From the NCBI RefSeq assembly GCF_032444005.1, contig NC_091286.1, forward strand, positions 621,984,001 through 622,048,000: a stretch of DNA of 64,000 bases, read 5' to 3'. The notes under the pieces were generated by a model that saw only the letters and a program-made list of their open reading frames with translations, searched no databases and was not told the DNA's origin. Origin of the DNA: Ranitomeya imitator. Taxonomy: Eukaryota. Position 1 is the first letter of the stretch. Every line of letters starts with the position of its first letter. The position numbers and the translations under genes are program-made. Shown one piece after another: positions 11,622 through 22,555 of this stretch.

Positions 11622-13568
11622 TTAAAGAAGAAGTTACAGGTCTGTGAGAGCCAGAAATCTTGATTGTTTGTTTCTGACCAAATACTTATTTTCCATCATA
11701 ATATGCAAATAAAATGTTAAAAAAACAGACAATGTGATTTTCTGGATGTTTTTTTCTCAGTTTGTCTCCCATAGTTGAGGTCTACCTATGATGTAAATTA
11801 CAGACGCCTCTCATCTTTTTAAGTGGTGGAACTTGCACTATTGCTGACTGACTAAATACTTTTTTGCCCCACTGTAGGTCCTGTGGAGGCCCAAGAAAGA
11901 CAGTCTTAATTCTAGAGTCTTACCGTCTCACGAAACTTCGTACTTAACCCCATACCAACATTGGATTACTGGGGCGTCCAAATTTCAGCAACCTGGTTTT
12001 AATACAGGCTCAGGAGCTGAGCCTGTATATTTGCTGCGTTATTCAGCCATCATCTGCCTCTAACAGCTGTGTAAGTTTATCAAAACTACAGCAAACAGCC
12101 CAGTAAGTGAAACATTACTGGAATCAGGGTCTCTGACAAAAACCTGGTGACAGATTCACTTAAAGGCCCCCATGCACAATAGATTAAGGTCGACCAATGC
12201 AGACGATATTGAGGGGTTCGGCTGACAGTCTAATGTGTATGGGGGTCCATTGGCATTGACTTTTAGGATTGCTACAACCAATAGGTGGCGCTAGAGATCA
12301 ACTCCACGTCCTTATGAAGAGAATATTCGTGTTGTGCCATTTTATTTGTTCATCTATCATTAGTGTCTTTTTAGTATGTTTGTTTTGGGTTTTCCATTCT
12401 TTCTACTACTTTCCCAGCAGTTCTTTGTCTCTTCTCTCACACAATTACAGGTGAGGAGAGGCAAAGAACTGTGTGAGCGCAGGGCAGCACATGTACAGTG
12501 TACTCAATTCAGTACTGTGGATCCAGGCTCTAATCTCTATCAATGCCTATACAGAACACAGAAGTTGGGTTAAGTTTGTCATCAGCTGCTGCGCTCTGTA
12601 TAGGCAGCAATTTAGTTATCAAAACTCAATATAATTAAGTGAGATTTTTCTTTTCAGTCTCTGCTTGTACAGAGCACAGCAACCGATGACGACACTCATC
12701 TCAACTTCTACACTCTGCATAGGCAGCAACTGAGATCGTAGAGCCTGAGCAACAAAATTATATGTTTTTACACACTTTCCAACCCTAGATAACGTAGGGA
12801 GATATGGTTTAGATTCGTGCAGACGAGCATATAAATCAGACGTGTGCCGACTTCAGTGGAAAGGTTTTAAATACTATGAATCTATGCCAGATAGTAGTGA
12901 TCATGAGGTGGACATCTCTCCGGATAACTAAGAGCTGAGAGAAGGGAGCAATACAGCGGATTGCAGCCAACTACAAAGCAAATGGACAGAAAAAGGACCT
13001 CAGGTTTAAATTCAGTGTCTTATTTTTCACCTGTAGGTTCTGGAACACCGACGTGTCACCTGCGTTCTGCTTGTTCATCTGGTGATCGGCATCATGAAAC
13101 GAATGTTCCTAAGGCCTCATTCACACTTCCGTGTTTAAACACAAACTTAAGTAAAGGGTACTGGTGTAATATCAGTGCACGGTCTGTGTCCGTTTTTTAC
13201 CATCAGTCATCAGTGAATAAAGAAAGAAAAAGAAATATCAGTCACTGATACTAAGCAAAAAGTGGTACAAAACCTGAGACTGAAGTGCTTTGGAAAGTGT
13301 CTAACTTCTCATTATCCAGTGATCACACGTACAGTTACACAGATATTCAATATGGTCTCAGAAGAAATCCACGGATAATGAGGGATGTAAACAATTTACA
13401 CGGTTCCCCTGGCTGCACGCTTAAATAATTCACATGCATCTGTTATCATACACCCACACATGTACTCTGACATCAGGGAGCTGGTCACTACACTCGTTAT
13501 GATCAATGCTACAAATTATTACAGAATACAGGGTCCGGGGGTGCATTTAATTAAGAGACAGGCTATGT

Positions 13569-13763
13569 CAGGGGTGTCAAACTGCATTCCTCGAGGGCTG
13601 CAAACAGGTCATGTTTTCAGGATTTCCTTGTACTGCACAGGTGATAATTTAATCACTAACTCATTATTTGTGTAGGTGATTAAATTATCACCTGTGCACT
13701 ACAAGGAAATCCTGAAAACATGACCTGTTTGCACCCCTCGAGGAATGCAGTTTGACACCCCTG
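13569..13763. mobile_element. hAT-type palindromic MITE
   Basis: CAGGGGTGTCAAACTGCATTCC...GGAATGCAGTTTGACACCCCTG; perfect 8-bp TSD GGCTATGT; same family as 42407-42589. Confidence 0.92.
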
Positions 13764-13789
13764 GGCTATGTAGCTGAGGGGCCTGTATG

Positions 13790-14420
13790 GCAGAAAATAC
13801 CCCAAAGTGACACCACTTTAAAATATTCACCTCTCAAAGTGCTCAAAACCACATTCAATAAGTATATTAACCCTTTAGGTGCATTACAGGAATTAAAACA
13901 ATGTGGAAGCAAAATATGAAAATTTTACTTTTTCCTCCCCCTAAAAGAAAAAATAATAAATAAAAAAAAGACACAAAAACAAAAAAAAAAATGTTGCTTT
14001 AGCCCCATCATTTTCACAAGGGTAACAGGAGAAAATGCACCATAACATTTGTTGTGCAGTTTCTCCTTAGTATGCTGATATCCGATATGTGGTGGAAAAC
14101 TACTGTTTAGGCACACTGCTAGGCTCGGAAAGGACTTCAAGTGACTTTAGAATTGAAAAATTGGCTGGAATAGATAGTGGAAGCCATGTCGGGTTTGGAG
14201 AGCCCCTGGTGTGCCTAAACAGTGGAAATCCCCAAGAGGTTAACCGATTTTGGAAACTACACCCCTCAAGGAATGTATCTAGATGTGTGGTTAGCACCTT
14301 GAACCCACAGGTGCTTCACAGAATTTTATAACATTGAGCCATGAAAATGGAAAAATACATTTTCCCAAAAGTGTTTTTTTTTTTAGTCCCAAATTGTTAA
14401 TTTTCACAAAGTAACAGGAG
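13790..14420 (-). repeat. Older diverged copy of the ~390-bp-unit piggyBac-type repeat; continues at about 22989-24022 and 33936-34210
   Basis: Reverse complement of the unit motif CTGTGAAGCAC...TCTAGAT...GTTTCCAAAA seen in 31560-33480; the sequence rejoins across the DIRS and piggyBac-type insertions. Confidence 0.65.
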
Positions 14421-14676
14421 AAAAAGCCGGATTACTTACCGGTAATGCCCTTTTAATGAGCCACGACAGCACCCACAATGAAAGGGATCCGCCCATAGGA
14501 ACAGGAAACCTACAGAGCTAAAAGGGCGGTCCCCCTCTCCTCCTCAGTTGTTTTTCAGAGTACAAGAGGAACCGCCGTTGTTAAATTAGTATAAATATCC
14601 ACAATTTGTTTGTATGTTATCTATATTCACCCATGAGAATATCTTGTATTAATAACTATTAGGGTGGGACGTGACA

Positions 14677-14762
14677 GGGTGCTGTCGTGGCTCATTAAAA
14701 GGGCATTACCGGTAAGTAATCCGGCTTTTTACCCTTCGCCACGACAGCACCCACAATGAGAG
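14677..14762. other. DIRS internal complementary region (ICR)
   Basis: GGGTGCTGTCGTGGCTCATTAAAAGGGCATTACCGGTAAGTAATCCGGCTTTTT is complementary to the left terminus; the following ACCCTTCGCCACGACAGCACCCACAATGAG is complementary to the right terminus. Confidence 0.92.
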
Positions 14763-14777
14763 ATTTTCAGAGAACCT

Positions 14778-15982
14778 TCACCTGGGTGGGATTACCGTAC
14801 TAAGGACGGCTCTCCCGAATGCCAAGTCAGATGTAGAAGACAGATCAAGTCTATAATGTTTATAGAAAGTCGAAGGCGACGACCAGGTTGCGGCCTTACA
14901 TATAAGCTCGATGGAGAGGTCTTTATTCTCCGCCCACGAGGATGACACAGCCTGAGCTGAATGTGCTTTCACTCTGTCTGGAGGATCTTTGCCTTTTGAC
15001 GAGTATGCAAGATGGATAGCCTCCCTGATCCAACGGGACAAGGTAGCTTTCGTGACACCGTGGCCTTTTCGGTGACCCTGAAAAGATACAAACAGAGCCC
15101 TACTCTGTCTGCAGGACTGAGTTCTCTCTATGTAGCTTAGGACTGCTCTTTCTACGTCCAACATATGTAGCTTCTCTTCTTCCTGATTTAGTGGATTATC
15201 GAAAAAGGAAGGTAAGAAAATTTCCTGAGATCTATGGTATTTTGTCGCTACTTTAAGGAGATATGATGGATCTGGTTTGAGAACCACCCTGTCCCGATAT
15301 GTCATTAAGAATGGAGGGTCTATGGAGAGGGCTTGGATGTCTCCTACTCGTCTGGCCGATGTTAAGGCTATCAATAAAGCTACCTTGTATGTGACATTTT
15401 TTAGAGGGATAGAATCTAAGGGCTCAAAGGGAGGTCCAGTTAAGGCGTCTAGAACTAGATTCAAGTCCCAGGGTGGTAGACGTGGGACATGAACCGGAGT
15501 ACATCGTTCACATGCCCTAACAAATCTTGCTATCCATCTATTACCCGCTACGTTAGCACTATAGAGGGCTCCTAGGGCAGATACTTGAACTCTCAAGGTA
15601 TTAACAGATAAACCCATCTCATGACCTTTTTGTAAAAATTCAAGGATGGCTCTAATAGGAACCTTGTTAGAGAAGGGTTCCGTATGAAAGTTGAGAAATT
15701 TCCTCCATACTCTGCTGTATATTAGAGTCGTGGATCTATTCCTACTTAACAGTAAAGTACTAATCAGTTCTTGTGAGAACCCTCTTAATGTTAGAATCTG
15801 CCTCTCACGTTCCACGCCGTGAGGTGGAGGCCCTTCACTTGTGGGTGGTAGAATGGACCCCGAGACAGTAGGTCTGGTGTCATTGGCAGAATCCAGGGAT
15901 CGCAGACTGACATCGCTTGAAGACAGGAGAACCAGGGCCTCTTTGGCCAAAAAGGTGCTATCAATATTACTCTCGCTTTCTC
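14778..15982 (-). pseudogene. DIRS tyrosine recombinase, open frame but catalytic HxxR reads HSAQ
   Basis: PWDLNLVL, LIALTSARRVGDIQAL, AHSAQ (expected HSTR), AATW and FYKHY motifs. The first 35 aa of the ORF call lie in the BEL LTR. Confidence 0.85.
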
Positions 15983-16510
15983 TGTTCTGTCCCCACATGA
16001 GGCGAATGAAGGTGTCGCAGACTAATAAGAGTTGTGAGAGAGATAATCGTACCTTCGCATTTCCTCGATATGAGGCAGACAGGACCAATGCTGCTCAGCG
16101 TCCAGAGAGATGATGCACTCCAGGGATTGTGTAATCCAGACTTGTTTATTTTGTTGATCTGGACATACAGCGTATAACTGGTAATACAGAACTTCTCCAG
16201 AAATGCAGGGTAGACAGGGTACAGTAAGATGTAGCACCAAGTGTGTTTGCAAGTGTGAGCAGCATGAGAGAGTGATCGAAAGACTGATGCCTTCCTAAGC
16301 CCAGTTCAAAAGCACGTCCTCTCACAACAGAAAGTAAACTGTAAATGGCTGCCAGAGGAAGAGAAGATTTGACCCCTGAACCGGATGTAAGACATGCCCA
16401 CAAGAAATACATGAAAAACAAGCTGCCATACAGAAAAAGGCCATTGGGTGGCAGCAGAGTAAAATATAACAACATACATGGAAACTGAGGAATATACATG
16501 GAACAGCACA
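15983..16510 (-). repeat. BEL/Pao 3' LTR
   Basis: Differs from 18805-19332 at two positions I could find (T16247/C19069, T16342/G19164). Confidence 0.92.
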
Positions 16511-16754
16511 CTCCCCGTCTGAAATTCCGAAAGGGATTTCACTATATCAATGTCCTTAAAAAGTCCAACAACCTAGAAAGTGAAACCAAACATGCATGTA
16601 ATGCAATAATAACTTTAAACAAGACATTAAGTCAGTTCCTGAGATAATCCAATGGAAAACCCATCTTCGGATCAGAGAAGCCGCACTAGGCCAAACTATC
16701 TCTGACCCACTGTAATCCAATGGACAAATAGTAGTGCAGTGTTCTGTTCATAGT

Positions 16755-18466
16755 TTATCCTACCAGAATGTCCTCGATAGTGAGTATTTTTTGGCAGACG
16801 TGCCAACCATGACAGTCTTTGTCTCCATGTGGCTTGTGATAAGATCTCGCAATGTGGACTAACCTTGCAATAGTCTTAATGAGTTTCATCCAATTGGAGA
16901 AGCGTTTGAAGCGCTGACAACCAAGGGTGGAGGTTCGTTTAGCGTTCGTGGCCAGAGCACTGACCTCGGAGCGGACTTCTGGATCATCGTCCGGATCCTG
17001 GATGCTGAAGAATTCCTGAACACATTCACTTCCCTTCTGTTCCAGCAGAAACTTTGGACCTGAAAGCCAAGAAGAGTTAGCAAAGGAATTTATAGACATA
17101 GGTCTAGTGGCATGGTCGGCTGGATTAAGTTCAGATGGGATATAGTGCCACTGTTCAGGTTTGGAAGACCTTCTTATGCTCTCAATGCGGTTACTGACGT
17201 ACACGTAGAAGTGCCTTGTTTGGTTGTAGATGTAACCTAAGACAACTTTACTGTCACTGTAGTATTGTACGTCATCTATGTGAGTGTCCAGCTCATGCTG
17301 AATAAAGTCTGCGAGTTCTACTGCAAGCACAGCCCCACAGAGTTCCAGCCTGGGAATAGTGTGGTCAGGCTTGGGAGCCAACTTAGCTTTGCCGAAAACG
17401 AACCCAACACGATCTTGATTGTCAGATCCCGTTACCTTCAGGTAGACAACAGCTGCAATGGCCTCCGTGGATGCATCCGAGAACACATGGAGTTCCATCC
17501 TGGTGCTAGCAGCAAGTGAGATTCCAGCGTAGCATCTCGTTATATGGATTTTATCCAAGGCACACAAAGACTGCTTCCAGGTTTCCCATTTTGGTTCCTT
17601 ATCAGGAGGTAGAGGGGTATCCCAGTCCTTGACAGTTTCGGACAGCTGTCTCAGAAGGGATTTACCTTGTATGGTAATTGGTGCTACGAATCCCAGTGGG
17701 TCATATAGGCTATTTACCACTGACAGGACACCACGTTGAGTGAATGGTTTGTCTGCACAGTTGATTTGGAATCCGAAGGTGTCGGCTGACAGGTTCCACC
17801 TCAGGCCTAAGCTTCTCTGCACAGGCGGACGGTCTGGTCCCAGGTCTATGTCCTTGAATCCAGGTGCGTGGTCGCTTGACTCAAAGGCTCTCATGACAGC
17901 TGGGCTGTTTGAGGCAATTTTGTGCAGTCTAAGCTTAGCTCGGTACAGCATATGTTGGGTCCTTTTGAGTAGGTCGATTGCAGCTTCTTCTGTAGGTAGA
18001 GATTTTAGTCCATCATCTACGTAGAAGTCTTTCTCTACAAAGTCTCTGGCGTCTGTTCCATACTCGGACTCTCCTTCTTGTGCGGTTCTCCGCAGGCCAT
18101 ATGTTGCCACAGCGGGTGAAGGGCTGTTCCCGAATACGTGCACCCGCATGCGATACTCCACCATCTCTTTGCTGGGGTCATTGTACCACAGGAACCTGAG
18201 GAAATTCCTGTGGTCCTCTCGGACTATGAAACAGTGGAACATCTGTTCAATGTCGGCGGTGATGGCAATGGGCTCTTTCCTGAACCTCATCAACACTCCT
18301 ACTAGGTTGTTTGTCAGATTAGGACCTGTGAGGAGGACATCATTGAGAGATACGCCTTGATGTTTGGCGCTTGAATCAAAGACAACTCTAATTTGTTTAG
18401 GTTTCTTCGGGTGATATACTCCAAATGAGGGTAGGTACCAGCACTCCTCGTTTTCCTTTAAGGGGG
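16755..18466 (-). pseudogene. BEL/Pao pol fragment (RT and RNase H/peptidase A17-like region)
   Basis: WYLPSFGVYHPKKPKQIRVVFDSSAK (in frame upstream of the called ORF), ADIEQMFH, HVFGNSPSP, FYVDDG, LHVFSDAS, TIPRLELCGA, NPADHATR; stops before the integrase. Confidence 0.9.
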
Positions 18467-18804
18467 AACTGCGTAAGGTCCTTTTCGGCCATTTTGATTT
18501 AAGGTGCGCTGTCCCTTTAAGAAACTGAACCTTTGAATTGGGGGCTGGAGATTGCGGTGCAGCTTAGTTGCGACCCCCTGATAAGATTCCCAAGGTGTTG
18601 TTGGAGAATTGTGGGGTTCTGCGGTCCGACGATCTGCAGCAGTGTGGTATAATACACAGAGTCTTTATGTACAATGCAGTCTGAGGTGATGCTGCAGGAG
18701 ATTTCTTAGCAGAGCAGGGCTGCAGTATGTGAGCGGGCAGAGAGCGGGCACGTGAATAGTGATACAAGGGTGATTCTGGCCGGGCTTCAAGGCAGTCTTT
18801 CGAC

Positions 18805-19332
18805 TGTTCTGTCCCCACATGAGGCGAATGAAGGTGTCGCAGACTAATAAGAGTTGTGAGAGAGATAATCGTACCTTCGCATTTCCTCGATATGAGGCAG
18901 ACAGGACCAATGCTGCTCAGCGTCCAGAGAGATGATGCACTCCAGGGATTGTGTAATCCAGACTTGTTTATTTTGTTGATCTGGACATACAGCGTATAAC
19001 TGGTAATACAGAACTTCTCCAGAAATGCAGGGTAGACAGGGTACAGTAAGATGTAGCACCAAGTGTGTCTGCAAGTGTGAGCAGCATGAGAGAGTGATCG
19101 AAAGACTGATGCCTTCCTAAGCCCAGTTCAAAAGCACGTCCTCTCACAACAGAAAGTAAACTGGAAATGGCTGCCAGAGGAAGAGAAGATTTGACCCCTG
19201 AACCGGATGTAAGACATGCCCACAAGAAATACATGAAAAACAAGCTGCCATACAGAAAAAGGCCATTGGGTGGCAGCAGAGTAAAATATAACAACATACA
19301 TGGAAACTGAGGAATATACATGGAACAGCACA
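18805..19332 (-). repeat. BEL/Pao 5' LTR
   Basis: Followed on the minus strand by G then TCGAAAGACTG; no TGG-starting tRNA PBS. Confidence 0.92.
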
Positions 19333-19337
19333 TTCTC

Positions 19338-21000
19338 TTCCCTTATCTTTTTGATGACTAATGGGATTAGCATCATTGGTGGGAAAGCATATGCCAGATT
19401 GTAGTTCCACGGATACTGGAGCGAGTCTATCATGTCTGGATTGTCTGCCACATTCAAGGAAGCGAATGCTCGTACCTGTCTGTTGTTCCTGGTTGCAAAT
19501 AAATCTATCTGCGGAAGACCCCACATGTCCACTATGTTTTTGAATATCTGAGGGTTGAGGGTCCATTCTCCCTGACGTAGCGTGTGGCGACTTAGAAAGT
19601 CGGCCCTTGTATTTTCTATACCTCTGATGTGGAGAGCTGTGAGTGATAGAAAATTGAGCTCTGCTAAGTCGAAGATGTTTGCCGCTGAAGACAGACTTTT
19701 TGATCGAGTTCCGCCTTGATGATTTAAATAAGCGACGACCGTCGTGTTGTCTGACAGGATTTTGATATGAGATCCTCGGAGCTGGGGAAGGAAAAAATTT
19801 AAGGCATAATGAACCGCGTTCAACTCTTTCCAGTTGGAGGACTGCTGGATCTCTGATGAATTCCAGCGACCTTGAGCTACATACTTATCCAGATGGGCCC
19901 CCCACCCTTCTGGTCCTGCGTCAGTAGTGACTAATTTAGATGGTGTTATTGACCATGAGACTCCCCTGGACAAATGTGACTCCAGCACATCTTTAGATAG
20001 AGTAATTTTCATATTTAAATGACAGCGAGATTGCGCATGGAGTGTCTGGTGCTGTAGGGCTCTGGTATGGTATTGAGCCCATTGTACGGCAGGAATGCAG
20101 GAGGAAAGTGAGCCCAAGAGAGACATGGCATCTCTAAGGGACATTTGAGGTTTTGCCCTTGCCATAGAGATTTTTGAAATTGTTAATTTTTTGGGTTCTG
20201 GTAAAAAGCATTTTTGACTTACAGAGTCCAAAACTAGTCCTAGGAAGGACTGACGGGTTTCCGGATGTAGTCTGGACTTTTTGAAGTTCACTATCCAACC
20301 CAAAGCCTGTAACAATGAAATAGCATTAGTCAATCGCTCTTTACACTGAGAGGCTGAATTTCCAATTATTAAAAAATAATCTAGATAAGGTACAATTAGC
20401 GTCTCCTGATGACGCAAATAAGCCATCACCTCGAGCATAACTTTTGTAAAAACCCGAGGAGCCATGGACAGGCCGAACGGCATGGCTGTAAATTGAAAGT
20501 GACGGATTCGGCCTTGTAGGACTACCGCCACTCTGAGGTACTGTTGATGCTCCGCATAAATGGGAAGATGGTAGTACGCATCCTTTAAATCTAGACCTGC
20601 CATAAAGCATCTAGGAAACAAAAGTTTAATCGTAGATCTTATTGATTCCATTTTAAACGTATGATTGTACAGAAAAGGAATTTAGTCTTTTTAGATTAAT
20701 TATAGTACGAAAAGTACCGTCTGGTTTTGGAACCAGAAATAAAGGGGAATAAAACCCCCTCCCTTCCTGATTTTTTGGTACTTTTACGAGAACATTCTTA
20801 GCCAAAAGGCTCAGAATTTCTAGTTGAAGCGCTTTTTGCTGTTCCGGCGCTTTCAGTGATGTGATAATGAAAGTATCCTGCGGGAATTTGAAGAATTCTA
20901 ATTTTAATCCGGATTTTATTAGGCGGAGAATCCACTGATTTGAAGTTACAAGTTTCCATTGATGGTAAAAAAAAAAAACTTCAGTCTTCCACCCACCGGA
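19338..21000 (-). pseudogene. DIRS RT-RNase H-methyltransferase-like ORF (frameshifted, YLDD changed to YLDY, split by BEL)
   Basis: PVGGRLK, FYSPLFLVPKPDG, DLKDAYYH, PFGLSMAPRVFTK, YLDY (20376-20378), TTDAG, DLFAT, YAFPP; frameshift near 20660-20690; the MT domain continues below 15978. Confidence 0.9.
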
Positions 21001-21006
21001 ATTTCA

Positions 21007-22555
21007 TCATTGATGGTATCTGCCACGTTTAGATGTTTCGGGATTACCGAATAAGGCACCTTTCGGTTTCTCCTTCGTCTCCTTCGTTTCCCAACGCTCT
21101 TTGCGGCTCGTACGGCCTTCTCCTATTAAATGGCCGTCTCCTAAACGCTCTCCTATAAGAAGGAAGAAACTGTTTAGGGAATCCCTTCCTTCTTTCTCCT
21201 GCTTTATTAAGGAGATCATCAAGAACCTTCCCAAACAGGAACTCACCCTGGCACGGGATTGTACATAATCTTGATTTAGATTATGCATCACCTTTCCACC
21301 CCTTTAACCAAAGGGCACGCCGGGCTGCATTGACAAGGCCCGCTGATCTTGCTGCCAGCCGCAAGGAGTCCACTGAAGCATCTGTTAAGAATGCTGTAGC
21401 GCTCTTAATTAAAGGAATTGCTTGCAAGATCTTTTCTCTTGCCACTTTACCCTTAAATTTGCTGCTCCATCTGGTCAATCCATACCAATAGTGACCTAGC
21501 TGTGCAATTACCCGATATGGCGGGTTTAAAGGCCCCTGTGTTTGTCTCCCATGACCTTTTAAGAAGAGCTTCAGTCTTGCGGTCCAATGGGTCGAGTAAG
21601 ATTCCTGCATCCTCCACAGGGAGGGACGATTGTTTTAAGGTGGATGCCACTGCTGCGTCCACTTTTGGCACCTTGGACCAGATCTCTAACTCTTCATCAC
21701 TGAAGGGGTAACGCCTCTTTGAAGAGGAGGGAAGGAACCCTTTCCCCCGCTTGTCCCATTCTCTTTTTACAAGATCTTTCACGGCGGAGACCACTGGGAA
21801 AGTTCGCCGTTTTTTGTGACCTAGGTCCGCGAACATAATCTCCTGGGCCGATTTAACCCCCTTAGTGCCTGGACAACCCATGGTATTCCTTACTGATTTA
21901 ATAAGGTTATTTATGCTGTCCAGCAGAACACATGCTCCGCTCTCATCCTCAGAAGAACCAGATGATGATTCCGAGGTGTTAGAGGACCGGATTAACCCCT
22001 CTTCTGACTCCGAACTAGAAGGAAGGGGACGGCTTTTACTCCCATGTTTTTTCTGGGATTTCGATCCTAGAGACTGAATCTCTTGTCTAATTATGGCTCT
22101 GATGTTAGTGGTGGTAACTGCAGCCTCATCCTTTAGGGTTTGCTGTATGAAATCTTGACACAACCTCTTTGGATATGAATCCGGCAAGGCTTGTATACAC
22201 AGGGCACATTCTTTATGTTTTGTTTTACTGGTCCTTTTAGCCTATGGGGAGAGGGTAGAGAAGGAAGGGATCAGCTTATAGGTAGAGGATTAAATACACT
22301 CACCCAGTGAAGCATTCATTGTACCGGTCTTGGCGGAGGGGACGCTGTGCAGCTTCTAAGTAGATCCGATTCTCTACTCCTTCTTACATGAGTGTCAGAC
22401 TCCATAACAGGGCGACCACTCTTCTTTCCTGCTGTGGACTTAGCGGCTTTAGCGCTGGTGTCTTTTCCAGCGCTCACCTGCTCCACCGCTGGTGGATGCT
22501 CCTCATGGGTTGGGGACGACATTCCGAGCACAATCGCTCTGTGTCCCGGCTCCAT
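21007..22555 (-). pseudogene. DIRS ORF1 (gag-like, LAP2alpha-C-like), frameshifted, probably spliced
   Basis: N-terminal CALC...LC motif, serine-rich linker, KVDAAV, and DASVDSLRLAAR...ARRALWLKGW, typical of vertebrate DIRS ORF1; spread over 3 frames. Confidence 0.75.

Larger units (their letters stand above)
8929..11874 (-). mobile_element. Tc1-family DNA transposon with ~210-bp TIRs, interrupted by a 1.3-kb insertion
   Basis: CAGTGGGGCAAAAAAGTATTTA...TAAATACTTTTTTGCCCCACTG; TA on both sides; TIRs at about 8929-9140 and 11665-11874. Confidence 0.95.
15983..19332 (-). mobile_element. BEL/Pao LTR retrotransposon, internally deleted (no gag/protease, no integrase)
   Basis: Two 528-bp LTRs with TG...CA ends; 5-bp TSD TTCTC (15978-15982, 19333-19337); PPT AGACGGGGAG on the minus strand before the 3' LTR; BEL-type RT/RNase H ORF. 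Confidence 0.93.

Noticed and set aside
15983-16088. N-terminus of the 436-aa YR ORF call
   Set aside because: Derived from the BEL LTR; the same peptide starts ORF 18665-18910.
15983-19332. 528-bp direct duplication as an assembly artefact or DIRS split repeat
   Set aside because: TG...CA ends, a 5-bp TSD, a PPT and two sequence differences show these are BEL LTRs.
19128-19332. C-terminus of the 507-aa DIRS RT ORF call
   Set aside because: Read-through into the BEL LTR; the true continuation lies below 15978.
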